Source of the DNA: Burkholderiaceae bacterium
Lineage (GTDB): Bacteria; Pseudomonadota; Gammaproteobacteria; Burkholderiales; Burkholderiaceae_C
Length of the DNA: 36,974 nt
Reading direction: 5' to 3'
Assembly (NCBI GenBank): GCA_031970775.1
Contig: DALYHR010000001.1
Span: 1-36,974 of the forward strand
Position numbers and translations under genes: made by a program. The notes beneath the pieces were generated by a model. That model had not been told where the DNA came from. It saw nothing but the letters and a program-made list of their open reading frames with translations, and ran no database searches. Shown here one piece after another: positions 28,278-35,192 of this stretch (its first letter is position 1; each line of letters begins with the position of its first letter).

Positions 28278-29147
28278 CTACTCGCCGCAGAAGCACGCCA
28301 TTGCTTCCTCGTCTTCGTGGCCGTACAGGTCGCCCTGCGTCTCGGCCGTGTGCAGCATCGCCGCGTAACTCGGGCGGTCGGAGCGGAACACCGCGCCGCT
28401 TGGCTTGCTTGCCAGCGCCAGCGCCTCCATCCTCGCCCACCACACCGCGCGCTGCGGCTTCTCTTGAATCAGGCTCTGCACCTGGCCTGCGGGCTTCAGA
28501 AAGCACAGGTCACAGTTCCCGGCCAGCGTGCGCCCTTTGTAGGTCGGCAGTTCCAGATTGAACGGCTGCGCAGCCCAAAACGCTTGCACGTCGGCTGTCG
28601 TCACGCCGGCATCGGCCAGCGGCATCAGCATGCTTTCCTTCGTCGTCTCGGTGCTGTGTCCCCGTGCGCGAATCTTGGAAACGCGCCGCGCCTCGTCAGC
28701 CCGAATGCCGATCATTTGGCTCCACTCCAAGTCTTCCGCCTCCCATCCCAGCGCCTGCCAGTTCGCGCGCAGGAAGCGGTGCATCGTGCGAATCTTCAGC
28801 TCGCTGGTGCAGAAGCGCGTCACCGGGTTTTGCAGGTAGGCGCGGTGCCGAATCAGCGTCTCGAACGGCTCTCCATTGCGGCTGGCAGTCTCAAACGTCA
28901 CTTCCGTGTATCCTTCCTTCGCCCACTCCACCCAGCGAATCGCACAGCCCCACCGCTCCGAGCACTCGCGCACAAACCGCAGCGTCGCTTCTTCCTCCTT
29001 GCCGGTGTTCGCAAAGCACACCACAAGCCAGCGCTCCAAGTCGTCGGCTCTGTTGTGGCTCAGCACTTCGTGCAGCATGTAGGCACTCGTTCTGCCGCCG
29101 CTGAAGCTCAGGCATGTCGGGCCGGTCAGTTTGTATGAGTCGTGCAT
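28278..29147 (-). CDS. PAPS-reductase-family (PP-loop) protein (cassette 3)
   Basis: SFSGGRTS PP-loop, FANTGKE, RFCTSELK, GIRADE, GNCDLC and terminal CFC. Confidence 0.88.
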   Translation of the reverse strand: MHDSYKLTGPTCLSFSGGRTSAYMLHEVLSHNRADDLERWLVVCFANTGKEEEATLRFVRECSERWGCAIRWVEWAKEGYTEVTFETASRNGEPFETLIRHRAYLQNPVTRFCTSELKIRTMHRFLRANWQALGWEAEDLEWSQMIGIRADEARRVSKIRARGHSTETTKESMLMPLADAGVTTADVQAFWAAQPFNLELPTYKGRTLAGNCDLCFLKPAGQVQSLIQEKPQRAVWWARMEALALASKPSGAVFRSDRPSYAAMLHTAETQGDLYGHEDEEAMACFCGE

Positions 29148-29172
29148 CGGTTCTTTCGCTTCGGCCGGGGCC

Positions 29173-29241
29173 TTCTAACTGGTCGGTCAACGGGACTTGT
29201 CCCGGCAGGCCGGACCAAGCCCGTTACCTCCGGCGTTAGCG
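29173..29241 (+). repeat. attC-like site 3
   Basis: TTCTAAC-TGGTC-GGT(C)AACGGG(A)CTTG...CAAGCCCGTTACC-TCCGGC-GTTAGCG. Confidence 0.92.
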
Positions 29242-29582
29242 GGCAAGGTGTCGAGCACCTGCCGCAGCGCGTCCGCAATCTCGCCAACGTGGCCTTTCTC
29301 CAGCCGGTGCCGCAGCGCCTCGACGGTTGTCTCTTCAGGCTGCCATTGAGTTGTCGTGTCGCCGCTGTAGCTCGATTCGCTGAGCCCGTAGCAACTGCAA
29401 TGCGAGCCATTCACTTCGTAGAACTTCCCTCCTCGCTCGAACAGCACGAACGCATCGCCCGAGTAATCCTCGTAGGTGTAACTCGCCAGCAGTACGGTCG
29501 CGCCTTCAAGCGCCGCGTCGTCAATGCCGAAATCGGCCTTCATCCCTTCGAGTCCGCTGTCTTTCCAATCATTCAGAAACAT
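29187..29582 (-). CDS. Hypothetical phage protein with HCSC motif (cassette 4)
   Basis: 131 aa, YEDYSG...YEVNGSHCSCYG; AAGGA RBS. Confidence 0.8.
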   Translation of the reverse strand: MFLNDWKDSGLEGMKADFGIDDAALEGATVLLASYTYEDYSGDAFVLFERGGKFYEVNGSHCSCYGLSESSYSGDTTTQWQPEETTVEALRHRLEKGHVGEIADALRQVLDTLPANAGGNGLGPACRDKSR

Positions 29583-29613
29583 GGTTCTTCCTTTCTTCGT
29601 GGTTACTCTTGCC

Positions 29614-29682
29614 CGCTAACACGGCGCTCAACGCGGACCTTCGCGGCCTGCGGCCGCTCGGCCCGTTAGCTCAGCGTTAGGC
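29614..29682 (+). repeat. attC-like site 4
   Basis: CGCTAAC-ACGGC-GCT(C)AACG...GCGGCC-TGC-GGCCGC...CGTTAGC-TCAGC-GTTAGGC. Confidence 0.88.
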
Positions 29683-30024
29683 AGCGCAAACAGCCGGCGC
29701 TTCGGCCATCGCAGCGGCTGCGCGAACAATTGCGCGGCGGGCCGATGCGTTTCTATCTCCGTGGTCTTCATTCACTCCCTCGCCCATCCACTCCCACGAA
29801 TACTGCTTGTGCTTCACGATTACGGCCAGCTCGGCGTGGTACACGGTCAGGCGCAGGGCATTGGCGAGCCGGAATGCCTGGCCGTCGTCGCGCAGCGGGT
29901 TCCAGTAGATCGCGGTTGAGTTGGTCGCTGTCAGGTGCAGCGCATCGCCGCAACCGTGGTGCCACTCGGCCTCAATGCCTGCCGCTTTGGCCGCAGCTAT
30001 CAGCAGTTCAACGTCTGTCGCCAT
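29677..30024 (-). CDS. Hypothetical phage protein (cassette 5)
   Basis: Start MATDVELL after AAGGA; WNPLRDDGQAFRLA...RRAIVRAAA motif; stop codon formed by the TTA of the R' box. Confidence 0.8.
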   Translation of the reverse strand: MATDVELLIAAAKAAGIEAEWHHGCGDALHLTATNSTAIYWNPLRDDGQAFRLANALRLTVYHAELAVIVKHKQYSWEWMGEGVNEDHGDRNASARRAIVRAAAAMAEAPAVCAA

Positions 30025-30056
30025 CTTCGTTCCTTTCTTTGTGCGCCCCAGGCGCT

Positions 30057-30128
30057 GCCTAACTCTGCGCTGCAGCCGATTCGCTACAGCCTGCGGCTTT
30101 AGCTCTCGGCTGAGCTTGGGCGTTAAGC
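30057..30128 (+). repeat. attC-like site 5
   Basis: GCCTAAC-TCTGC-GCT(G)CAGCCGA...TCGGCTGAGC-TTGGGC-GTTAAGC. Confidence 0.88.
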
Positions 30129-30665
30129 CGCTTGCAGCGCGGCAATGGCCTTCGGCCATTCGTCCTTCTCCAAGGTCTTCTTGAAGCCCACGCTGCCGGT
30201 CAGCCGCAGGCTTTCGATGCACCGATCAACTGCCGCAGTATCGAACGGGCCTTGGTACAGCACCGGCACCAGCCCGCAGCATGGCGGCAGCACATCCTGC
30301 GTGCGCGTCACTCGCGGGTCGGCTGTCGGGTAGGTCTTCGGCGCAGTGCCATGCAGCGCCCACCGTTGCACGTTGAACAGGCTGAATCGCTTCTCGGTCA
30401 GGCCGTACCGGCGCTGAATGCCGGCGCCCCACCACTCGCCGAAGTGCCGTCCCGGTCCAAGCGTCAGCAGTTCGTCGCGGTGTGCTTCCACCCACGCGGC
30501 GAAGCCGAAGTTGTCGTCTGCCGGGGTAATCCAGCGAGTGCGGCTTCCGGCCAGCAGCGTGCCGTCATCGGCAATGAACACCTGCGCGTTCGTGCCGTCA
30601 ATCTTCTCGGTCACGATCACTTCGCGGGTCAACCGCGCCATCTTCGGAAAGTCTTGAAATTCCAT
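30123..30665 (-). CDS. RNA ligase-like nucleotidyltransferase (cassette 6), possibly internally deleted
   Basis: TEKIDGTN (motif I KxDG), SR, FGEW (III), FSLF (IIIa), VPVLY, FKK (V); no EGxV motif IV seen. Confidence 0.82.
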   Translation of the reverse strand: MEFQDFPKMARLTREVIVTEKIDGTNAQVFIADDGTLLAGSRTRWITPADDNFGFAAWVEAHRDELLTLGPGRHFGEWWGAGIQRRYGLTEKRFSLFNVQRWALHGTAPKTYPTADPRVTRTQDVLPPCCGLVPVLYQGPFDTAAVDRCIESLRLTGSVGFKKTLEKDEWPKAIAALQAA

Positions 30666-30700
30666 TTGCTCTCTACCTTTTGTGTGTTACTCCACCAGCG

Positions 30701-30763
30701 GCTTAACCCCTCGGTCAAGGCGCCAGCCGCTGGCGCGTCTGCGCCTTACCTCGAACGTTAGGC
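30701..30763 (+). repeat. attC-like site 6
   Basis: GCTTAAC-CCCTC-GGT(C)AAGGCGC...GCGCCTTACC-TCGAAC-GTTAGGC. Confidence 0.9.
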
Positions 30764-30978
30764 ATTACAAAATATGCAATGTCACCAGGCCCACCGTCTC
30801 CCAAATATTCGTTTTCCGCCAGAACCCTCATTTTTGCAGGCTTGCAACCTGGGCGTGGCCCATCGCAACACGCGGCGAAGTCATCATCTAGCCCACACCC
30901 ACACTCATCATCCGGGTGACAAAGCCCGTCTGCCCCATTATTTTTCAGCCACTCGATTACTATTGATTTGCAGTCCAT
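30715..30978 (-). CDS. Small Cys-rich protein (cassette 7)
   Basis: 87 aa, WLKNNGADGLC...CGC......CC.....C.P; GAAGGA RBS; reads into attC 6. Confidence 0.78.
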   Translation of the reverse strand: MDCKSIVIEWLKNNGADGLCHPDDECGCGLDDDFAACCDGPRPGCKPAKMRVLAENEYLGDGGPGDIAYFVMPNVRGKAQTRQRLAP

Positions 30979-31002
30979 TTCAATTCCTTCTTTACCTCAA
31001 AT

Positions 31003-31062
31003 GCCTAACCCGCTATTCAACCCGGATCACCTCCGGTGACCGGGTTAACCGCAGCGTTCAGC
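31003..31062 (+). repeat. attC-like site 7 (terminal)
   Basis: GCCTAAC-CCGCT-ATT(C)AACCCGG(A)TCAC...GTGACCGGGTTAAC-CGCAGC-GTTCAGC; nearly identical to site 2. Confidence 0.92.
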
Positions 31063-31085
31063 CAGTCCGACGATGAGGGTTTTGC

Positions 31086-31715
31086 TCATGCCGCACCGCC
31101 TTCCTGCTCGATGCCGGCCGGATAGATACGGTCGTTACGGATCATGTAGACCCGTACCGGGTAAGCACCGTCGTTTTCCGCAACACTGAAATCCCGGCCG
31201 AAGGTACAGACGCGACCGTTCATATCGATGCATACCGTCAAATCCGATGCGACCCCGTGCTGCCGCCAGAGGCGATGCGCACGATTCACCCAATCCTGGT
31301 AGCTGCTGAACTCAAAAAGATAGGGGCCAGGCTGGATAGTTGCCAGCATGGGAATATCACCGGAGTCTGTAGCAAGGTCGACGCCATTGAATGCCTCTGT
31401 CACGTCAGGCATGTCGAGGGCCGCACTGATTTGCGTCAGCGCAGCCCGCGCATACCCGGGATCAGTCCCCGCTTCACGGTAATAGCTCAGGGTCCGCGCA
31501 ACGCTCATGAGTGCTGCGCTCAGATCGCGACACTGCACACTGATGTCGCTGACAACACAGTGCAAGTCTTGGCGCTTCTCAGGAGGCGTTGTCCGCAGTC
31601 GGCGCACCTCAGCAGCCAGCGTCGACGCTGCAAAAGCCATCGCTGACTTGTCTCCCTGAGCCCGCCCCTCTTCAGCGATCAGCATCGCGTCATCGATTTC
31701 GTTCTGAACGCTCAT
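31086..31715 (-). CDS. Hypothetical phage protein
   Basis: Start MSVQNEIDD after GGAGG, ATGA-coupled to the upstream gene; C-terminal FEFSSYQDWVN...CIDMNGRVC..G.DF..A....YPV domain. Confidence 0.72.
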   Translation of the reverse strand: MSVQNEIDDAMLIAEEGRAQGDKSAMAFAASTLAAEVRRLRTTPPEKRQDLHCVVSDISVQCRDLSAALMSVARTLSYYREAGTDPGYARAALTQISAALDMPDVTEAFNGVDLATDSGDIPMLATIQPGPYLFEFSSYQDWVNRAHRLWRQHGVASDLTVCIDMNGRVCTFGRDFSVAENDGAYPVRVYMIRNDRIYPAGIEQEGGAA

Positions 31716-31981
31716 ACCACCTCCACCCACCGCCGCCCAGGGCATTGCGAATCCGCACAGCCATCGGGGCCACAGCGACATGCCCGAGGTGAGGCGCCGC
31801 CGGCTACAGCATCCACTGAAGCCGCAACGCCCTTGAAATAGGCCTGATAGGCCAGCATGGCCACATCCGGGTTGTGAGGGGTGATCACCAGCGACACCTC
31901 GCCGCCTTCGGCATGGATGCGCAGATCCCGGATCTCTTCGACCCGCCCCACCAACACCCCAAGCGCTTGAACTGTTCCCAT
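31712..31981 (-). CDS. Hypothetical protein, C-terminal Cys cluster
   Basis: Start MGTVQAL after AGGAGG; CRCGPDGCADSQC. Confidence 0.65.
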   Translation of the reverse strand: MGTVQALGVLVGRVEEIRDLRIHAEGGEVSLVITPHNPDVAMLAYQAYFKGVAASVDAVAGGASPRACRCGPDGCADSQCPGRRWVEVV

Positions 31982-32004
31982 GGAACCTCCTGTTCGTGTC
32001 ACTT

Positions 32005-32049
32005 CATTATCACATACGTGTTGACAACACTCATCACATTTGTGATTAT
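32005..32049. promoter_or_regulatory. OL-like operators with divergent promoters
   Basis: ATCACATACGTGTT (32009-32022) and ATCACATTTGTGAT (32033-32046); rightward TTGACA-17-GATTAT (32021-32049); leftward extended -10 TGTGATAAT. Confidence 0.78.
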
Positions 32050-32105
32050 TTGGGCCACGCACCGCACAGACCCCACCGGGGACGGGTCGCGACAGGGGAA
32101 CCGAC

Positions 32106-32291
32106 ATGGCCAGCAAGCTGCACCACCGCACACCGCGCCTGATCACTTGGCGCTGCACGGTGATTGACCAGGAACACCACCGCTTTCAGGTCCGCATCAC
32201 GGCCCGCAATCTGGCCGATGCCTATCGAACGCTCGACACGTCGTTCCCCGACCGCCGCGCCGAGTTCGTCATTCGCAGCACACCGGTCTGA
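32106..32291 (+). CDS. Small early protein
   Basis: 61 aa, AGGGG RBS, first ORF after the PL-like promoter. Confidence 0.55.
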   Translation: MASKLHHRTPRLITWRCTVIDQEHHRFQVRITARNLADAYRTLDTSFPDRRAEFVIRSTPV

Positions 32292-32301
32292 AGGGGCTGC
32301 C

Positions 32302-32742
32302 ATGAGCACACAACACCGCGTCACCGGCCGGCTCACGGCCGACGCACAGGCCCGCATGGCCTTGGGCGGCTCCTACATCGTGATGGTCGAGCTGCAGCAA
32401 TCCACCCCGCTGGGGGTCGACGTGCCCGCCGACAAGGCCCTGCCGCTGGTCGGCGCCTACCAGATGGGGCATGGCGCCTGTGCCGCCATTGCTGCCAACA
32501 GCAAGGCCGCCGCACTGCGCAAAGGCACGCTGGTGCGCATCTGGTGCGCCGGCATCGGCCTGGGCTACACGTCAGAAGATGAGGCCGCCATTCGGCTGCA
32601 TGGCATCGATCACGTCGAGGTCATCACGCCGCCGGCAGCCAATCCGGCACGGTTCACGGCCCGACTGACCCATGAGCCCTCATCGGCCCTCGACTCCGAA
32701 GCCGAGACCCAGCCCGCCCCGCTGCCGGAGCACCAGCCATGA
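32302..32742 (+). CDS. Hypothetical protein, possible OB-fold/SSB-like
   Basis: Start MSTQHRVTGRLTADAQAR; LRKGTLVRI pattern resembles SSB OB folds. Confidence 0.5.
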   Translation: MSTQHRVTGRLTADAQARMALGGSYIVMVELQQSTPLGVDVPADKALPLVGAYQMGHGACAAIAANSKAAALRKGTLVRIWCAGIGLGYTSEDEAAIRLHGIDHVEVITPPAANPARFTARLTHEPSSALDSEAETQPAPLPEHQP

Positions 32743-33266
32743 GCCAGCCCAATCGACTGGCTCGCATTGCAGCCACCGGCATGGCACTGGCCAGCTGGGC
32801 CGCCATTGCGCTGACCCTTGCCCCCGACATGTGCCGCGCCCAGAGCCAGTTCAAGGGCATCACCCTAGGCCTGCACACCGCCACATGGCACAGCGCCAAC
32901 CGGTCAGACATCGACCAGCCCTACGAGAGCCGCACGCCTGGCGTTTACATGCGCACGCCAGGCGGCCTGACTGTTGGCCATCTGAGCAACAGCCTCGGAA
33001 ACCGCTCGACCTACGTCGCCTGGACCCTGCCGCTGGCCAGCTCACAGACCCACCACCGCACCGGCCGCATCACCTCCGCCCAGGCCAGCATCGACCTGAC
33101 CGCCGGGGTGATCACCGGCTACCCGACCGCGCCCGTGATGCCGCTGCTGACGCCCAGCCTGTCACTGCGCATTGGGTCGATAGCCATGCGACTGATCGCA
33201 CTGCCCAAAGGCCACCCCAAAGGCGCCGCCGCCGTCAACCTCGCCTTCGAGATCAACCTGCCATGA
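32739..33266 (+). CDS. Exported beta-barrel-like protein (PagP-like fold suspected)
   Basis: Signal-peptide-like N-terminus, amphipathic strands, WH..., PGVY, SNS...STY, GVITGY motifs. Confidence 0.6.
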   Translation: MSQPNRLARIAATGMALASWAAIALTLAPDMCRAQSQFKGITLGLHTATWHSANRSDIDQPYESRTPGVYMRTPGGLTVGHLSNSLGNRSTYVAWTLPLASSQTHHRTGRITSAQASIDLTAGVITGYPTAPVMPLLTPSLSLRIGSIAMRLIALPKGHPKGAAAVNLAFEINLP

Positions 33267-33835
33267 ACACCACCGCCTACACCCCTGACCACGGAACGAC
33301 TGAGCACAGCGTTTGCCTGTGGTTCCTGCGCAATCCCGATGAAGAGCTTGACGCCAAGGACATCCTCATCAAGTTCGGCGGCAACTCAACAAATCCGCGT
33401 TCTGCCTTGAAGAACGCTGTTGAATTCGGCCTGCTCACGCAGATGGGAACCACCTATCGGGCTGGCCCCCACATCGGTCAACTGGAAGTAGCACCCAAGG
33501 ACCACCGGCCCGCGCCTCTCAAGCCAGGCCCAGCCAAGAAGACGCCGCGGCCCGAGTACGCCGTGCCCGACATCAGCAAGGTAACCCTCCAGATGGAGCC
33601 CCTGACCAAGGCGCATCTGACCCGAGGCCGCAGCAAGTGGAACGACCTGCTGAACAAGCTGGCAGCACAACCCATCGTAGGCGGCAATCACCCCACTTTC
33701 CGATTCCACCGGTCGCTGGCTGGCGCCATCAAGAAGGCTATCCAGCTGTACCACAAGACACACACGCAACCCGGGGCCGCCCGCCTTCGGTGCGTGATCG
33801 TCCTGGAAGAGTGCGTGGTTCAGCGCATCAGCTGA
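33263..33835 (+). CDS. Hypothetical protein with N-terminal winged-HTH-like region
   Basis: Start MNTTAY (ATGA overlap); NPDEELDAKDILIKFG...LKNAVEFGLL...YRAGP. Confidence 0.65.
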   Translation: MNTTAYTPDHGTTEHSVCLWFLRNPDEELDAKDILIKFGGNSTNPRSALKNAVEFGLLTQMGTTYRAGPHIGQLEVAPKDHRPAPLKPGPAKKTPRPEYAVPDISKVTLQMEPLTKAHLTRGRSKWNDLLNKLAAQPIVGGNHPTFRFHRSLAGAIKKAIQLYHKTHTQPGAARLRCVIVLEECVVQRIS

Positions 33836-34926
33836 TGGACTCGGTCGACATGCCTTCCACCAGAACCCGGAACACCCGCATCACGTTGGCTGCAGCGCTG
33901 GTGACGTCGTCTGTCGGCCTGGCCATGGCCGCAGCCTCAGCCATTGACCGTGGCGCCACACTGGTCGACCGGACACTGATCGTGGCGCTGGCCTGTGTGC
34001 TGGTAATGGGTGCGCACCTCCTGCCCGCCATCACCTCGACCTGGAAGGGCCGGGCCCTGTGGCTGGTCTGCCTACTCCTGACCGCATGGGGGCATGCCGT
34101 GTTCTTCACCAGCTCCGCACAGCGGGCTGGCCAGATCCGAGCCGATGCGGTCAAGCCGTCTTCCGCAGCAACCGCCCTTCAGGACGAACTGTCCAGCACC
34201 CAGGCCCGGCCCGTGACTGCCGTGGCGGCCGATCTGGCCACAGCCAGACTACGCACCGAATCGGCCCGATCCGCATCCACCCGATGCAACCCGGCCACGC
34301 ACGCCACCGAGTGCCGCCGGCGCGCAGAGGCCACCCGGGCCGCAGAGATTCGCGCCAGCGCCCTGGCCGATGAACTTGACCAGGCCAGGCACAGCGCCGA
34401 GCTGCGGCAGCGAATCACCACTGAAGCCGCAGGCCACGACTCTGCACGCGCGTCAGCAACTGCAGACCCAGTGGCCGCCATCGTCAGCCGCATGACTGGC
34501 GCAGACGCCACCGCCCTGACCACCGTCGTTTCCGTGCTGTCGTCCTTGACCCTTGAACTGATGGCCGCCCTGCTTTGGTCATCCGCCCTGTCAGAGCCAC
34601 CCCATGAGCAAGAAGCGCCCACCCGCACCCACCCAGAAACAGCAATCGCTGAAGTCACTGCACCCCAGCCAAACGATTCAGTGCATGCGGTGCAACCAGC
34701 AGGCCCCGGCAGAAGGATCGAAGAAGTTCCACTCCCTGGATGTCTGTGCCCCATGCACCCAAAGCCTGATGACGATGAAACCAACAGCTCAGACGGCAGC
34801 GAAGTAACCGGACAGCTACCGCCACCCACCCGAAGCCCACCAGAGTCGACCAGGACGATTGACCGCCACTTTCTCGACAGAACGCACCCGATTCAGTTCC
34901 ATGAGCACTACCCACACCCCCATTGA
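33835..34926 (+). CDS. Multi-TM coiled-coil membrane protein
   Basis: Three N-terminal hydrophobic helices, Ala/Arg-rich coil, a fourth TM, low-complexity tail; TGATG coupling. Confidence 0.7.
   Translation: MDSVDMPSTRTRNTRITLAAALVTSSVGLAMAAASAIDRGATLVDRTLIVALACVLVMGAHLLPAITSTWKGRALWLVCLLLTAWGHAVFFTSSAQRAGQIRADAVKPSSAATALQDELSSTQARPVTAVAADLATARLRTESARSASTRCNPATHATECRRRAEATRAAEIRASALADELDQARHSAELRQRITTEAAGHDSARASATADPVAAIVSRMTGADATALTTVVSVLSSLTLELMAALLWSSALSEPPHEQEAPTRTHPETAIAEVTAPQPNDSVHAVQPAGPGRRIEEVPLPGCLCPMHPKPDDDETNSSDGSEVTGQLPPPTRSPPESTRTIDRHFLDRTHPIQFHEHYPHPH
34604..34807 (+). CDS. Small zinc-ribbon protein nested in an alternative frame
   Basis: 67 aa with CMRC...CAPC. Confidence 0.45.
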   Translation: MSKKRPPAPTQKQQSLKSLHPSQTIQCMRCNQQAPAEGSKKFHSLDVCAPCTQSLMTMKPTAQTAAK

Positions 34927-35191
34927 ACCCGTCACACAGGACATGGCCAAGGCCATTGCCCAATCGGCCATCAGCCACGTCACCCATGGCGCCGTCACGG
35001 TGCCGATGCGTGCGGACGTCATTGCCGGCCTGCTGGGCCTATCGACAGCATCCGCCGCCATGACCCGAAAGCAGGTCAGCGATGCCAGCCGAAAGTACAG
35101 CATCGAAGACCTCTGCAGTTGGTCCTATGAACTGGGCATCCGAGATGCAGAACAGCACCACGGCATCCAGGTCGCAGACCAGGAGGGATGA
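34901..35191 (+). CDS. Hypothetical protein
   Basis: ORF MSTTHTPIE... filling the gap before the H-NS-domain gene. Confidence 0.55.
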   Translation: MSTTHTPIEPVTQDMAKAIAQSAISHVTHGAVTVPMRADVIAGLLGLSTASAAMTRKQVSDASRKYSIEDLCSWSYELGIRDAEQHHGIQVADQEG

Positions 35192-35192
35192 C

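Larger units (their letters stand above)
27140..31062 (+). mobile_element. Integron-type gene-cassette array (7 cassettes, no intI; CALIN-like)
   Basis: Seven attC-like hairpins separating single genes; each cassette's GTT start is complementary to its own AAC end. Confidence 0.9.

Noticed and set aside
28119..29138. Long + strand ORFs in the array (e.g. 339 aa) that would give canonical cassette orientation
   Set aside because: They cross cassette boundaries, show no recognisable motifs and are antisense shadows of motif-bearing minus-strand genes.
27842..31062. Hairpins as rho-independent terminators, REP elements or a CRISPR array
   Set aside because: There are no U-tracts, the repeats are not identical, and the intervening units are whole genes. 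The AAC/GTT boxes, bulged bases and cross-cassette complementarity fit attC instead.
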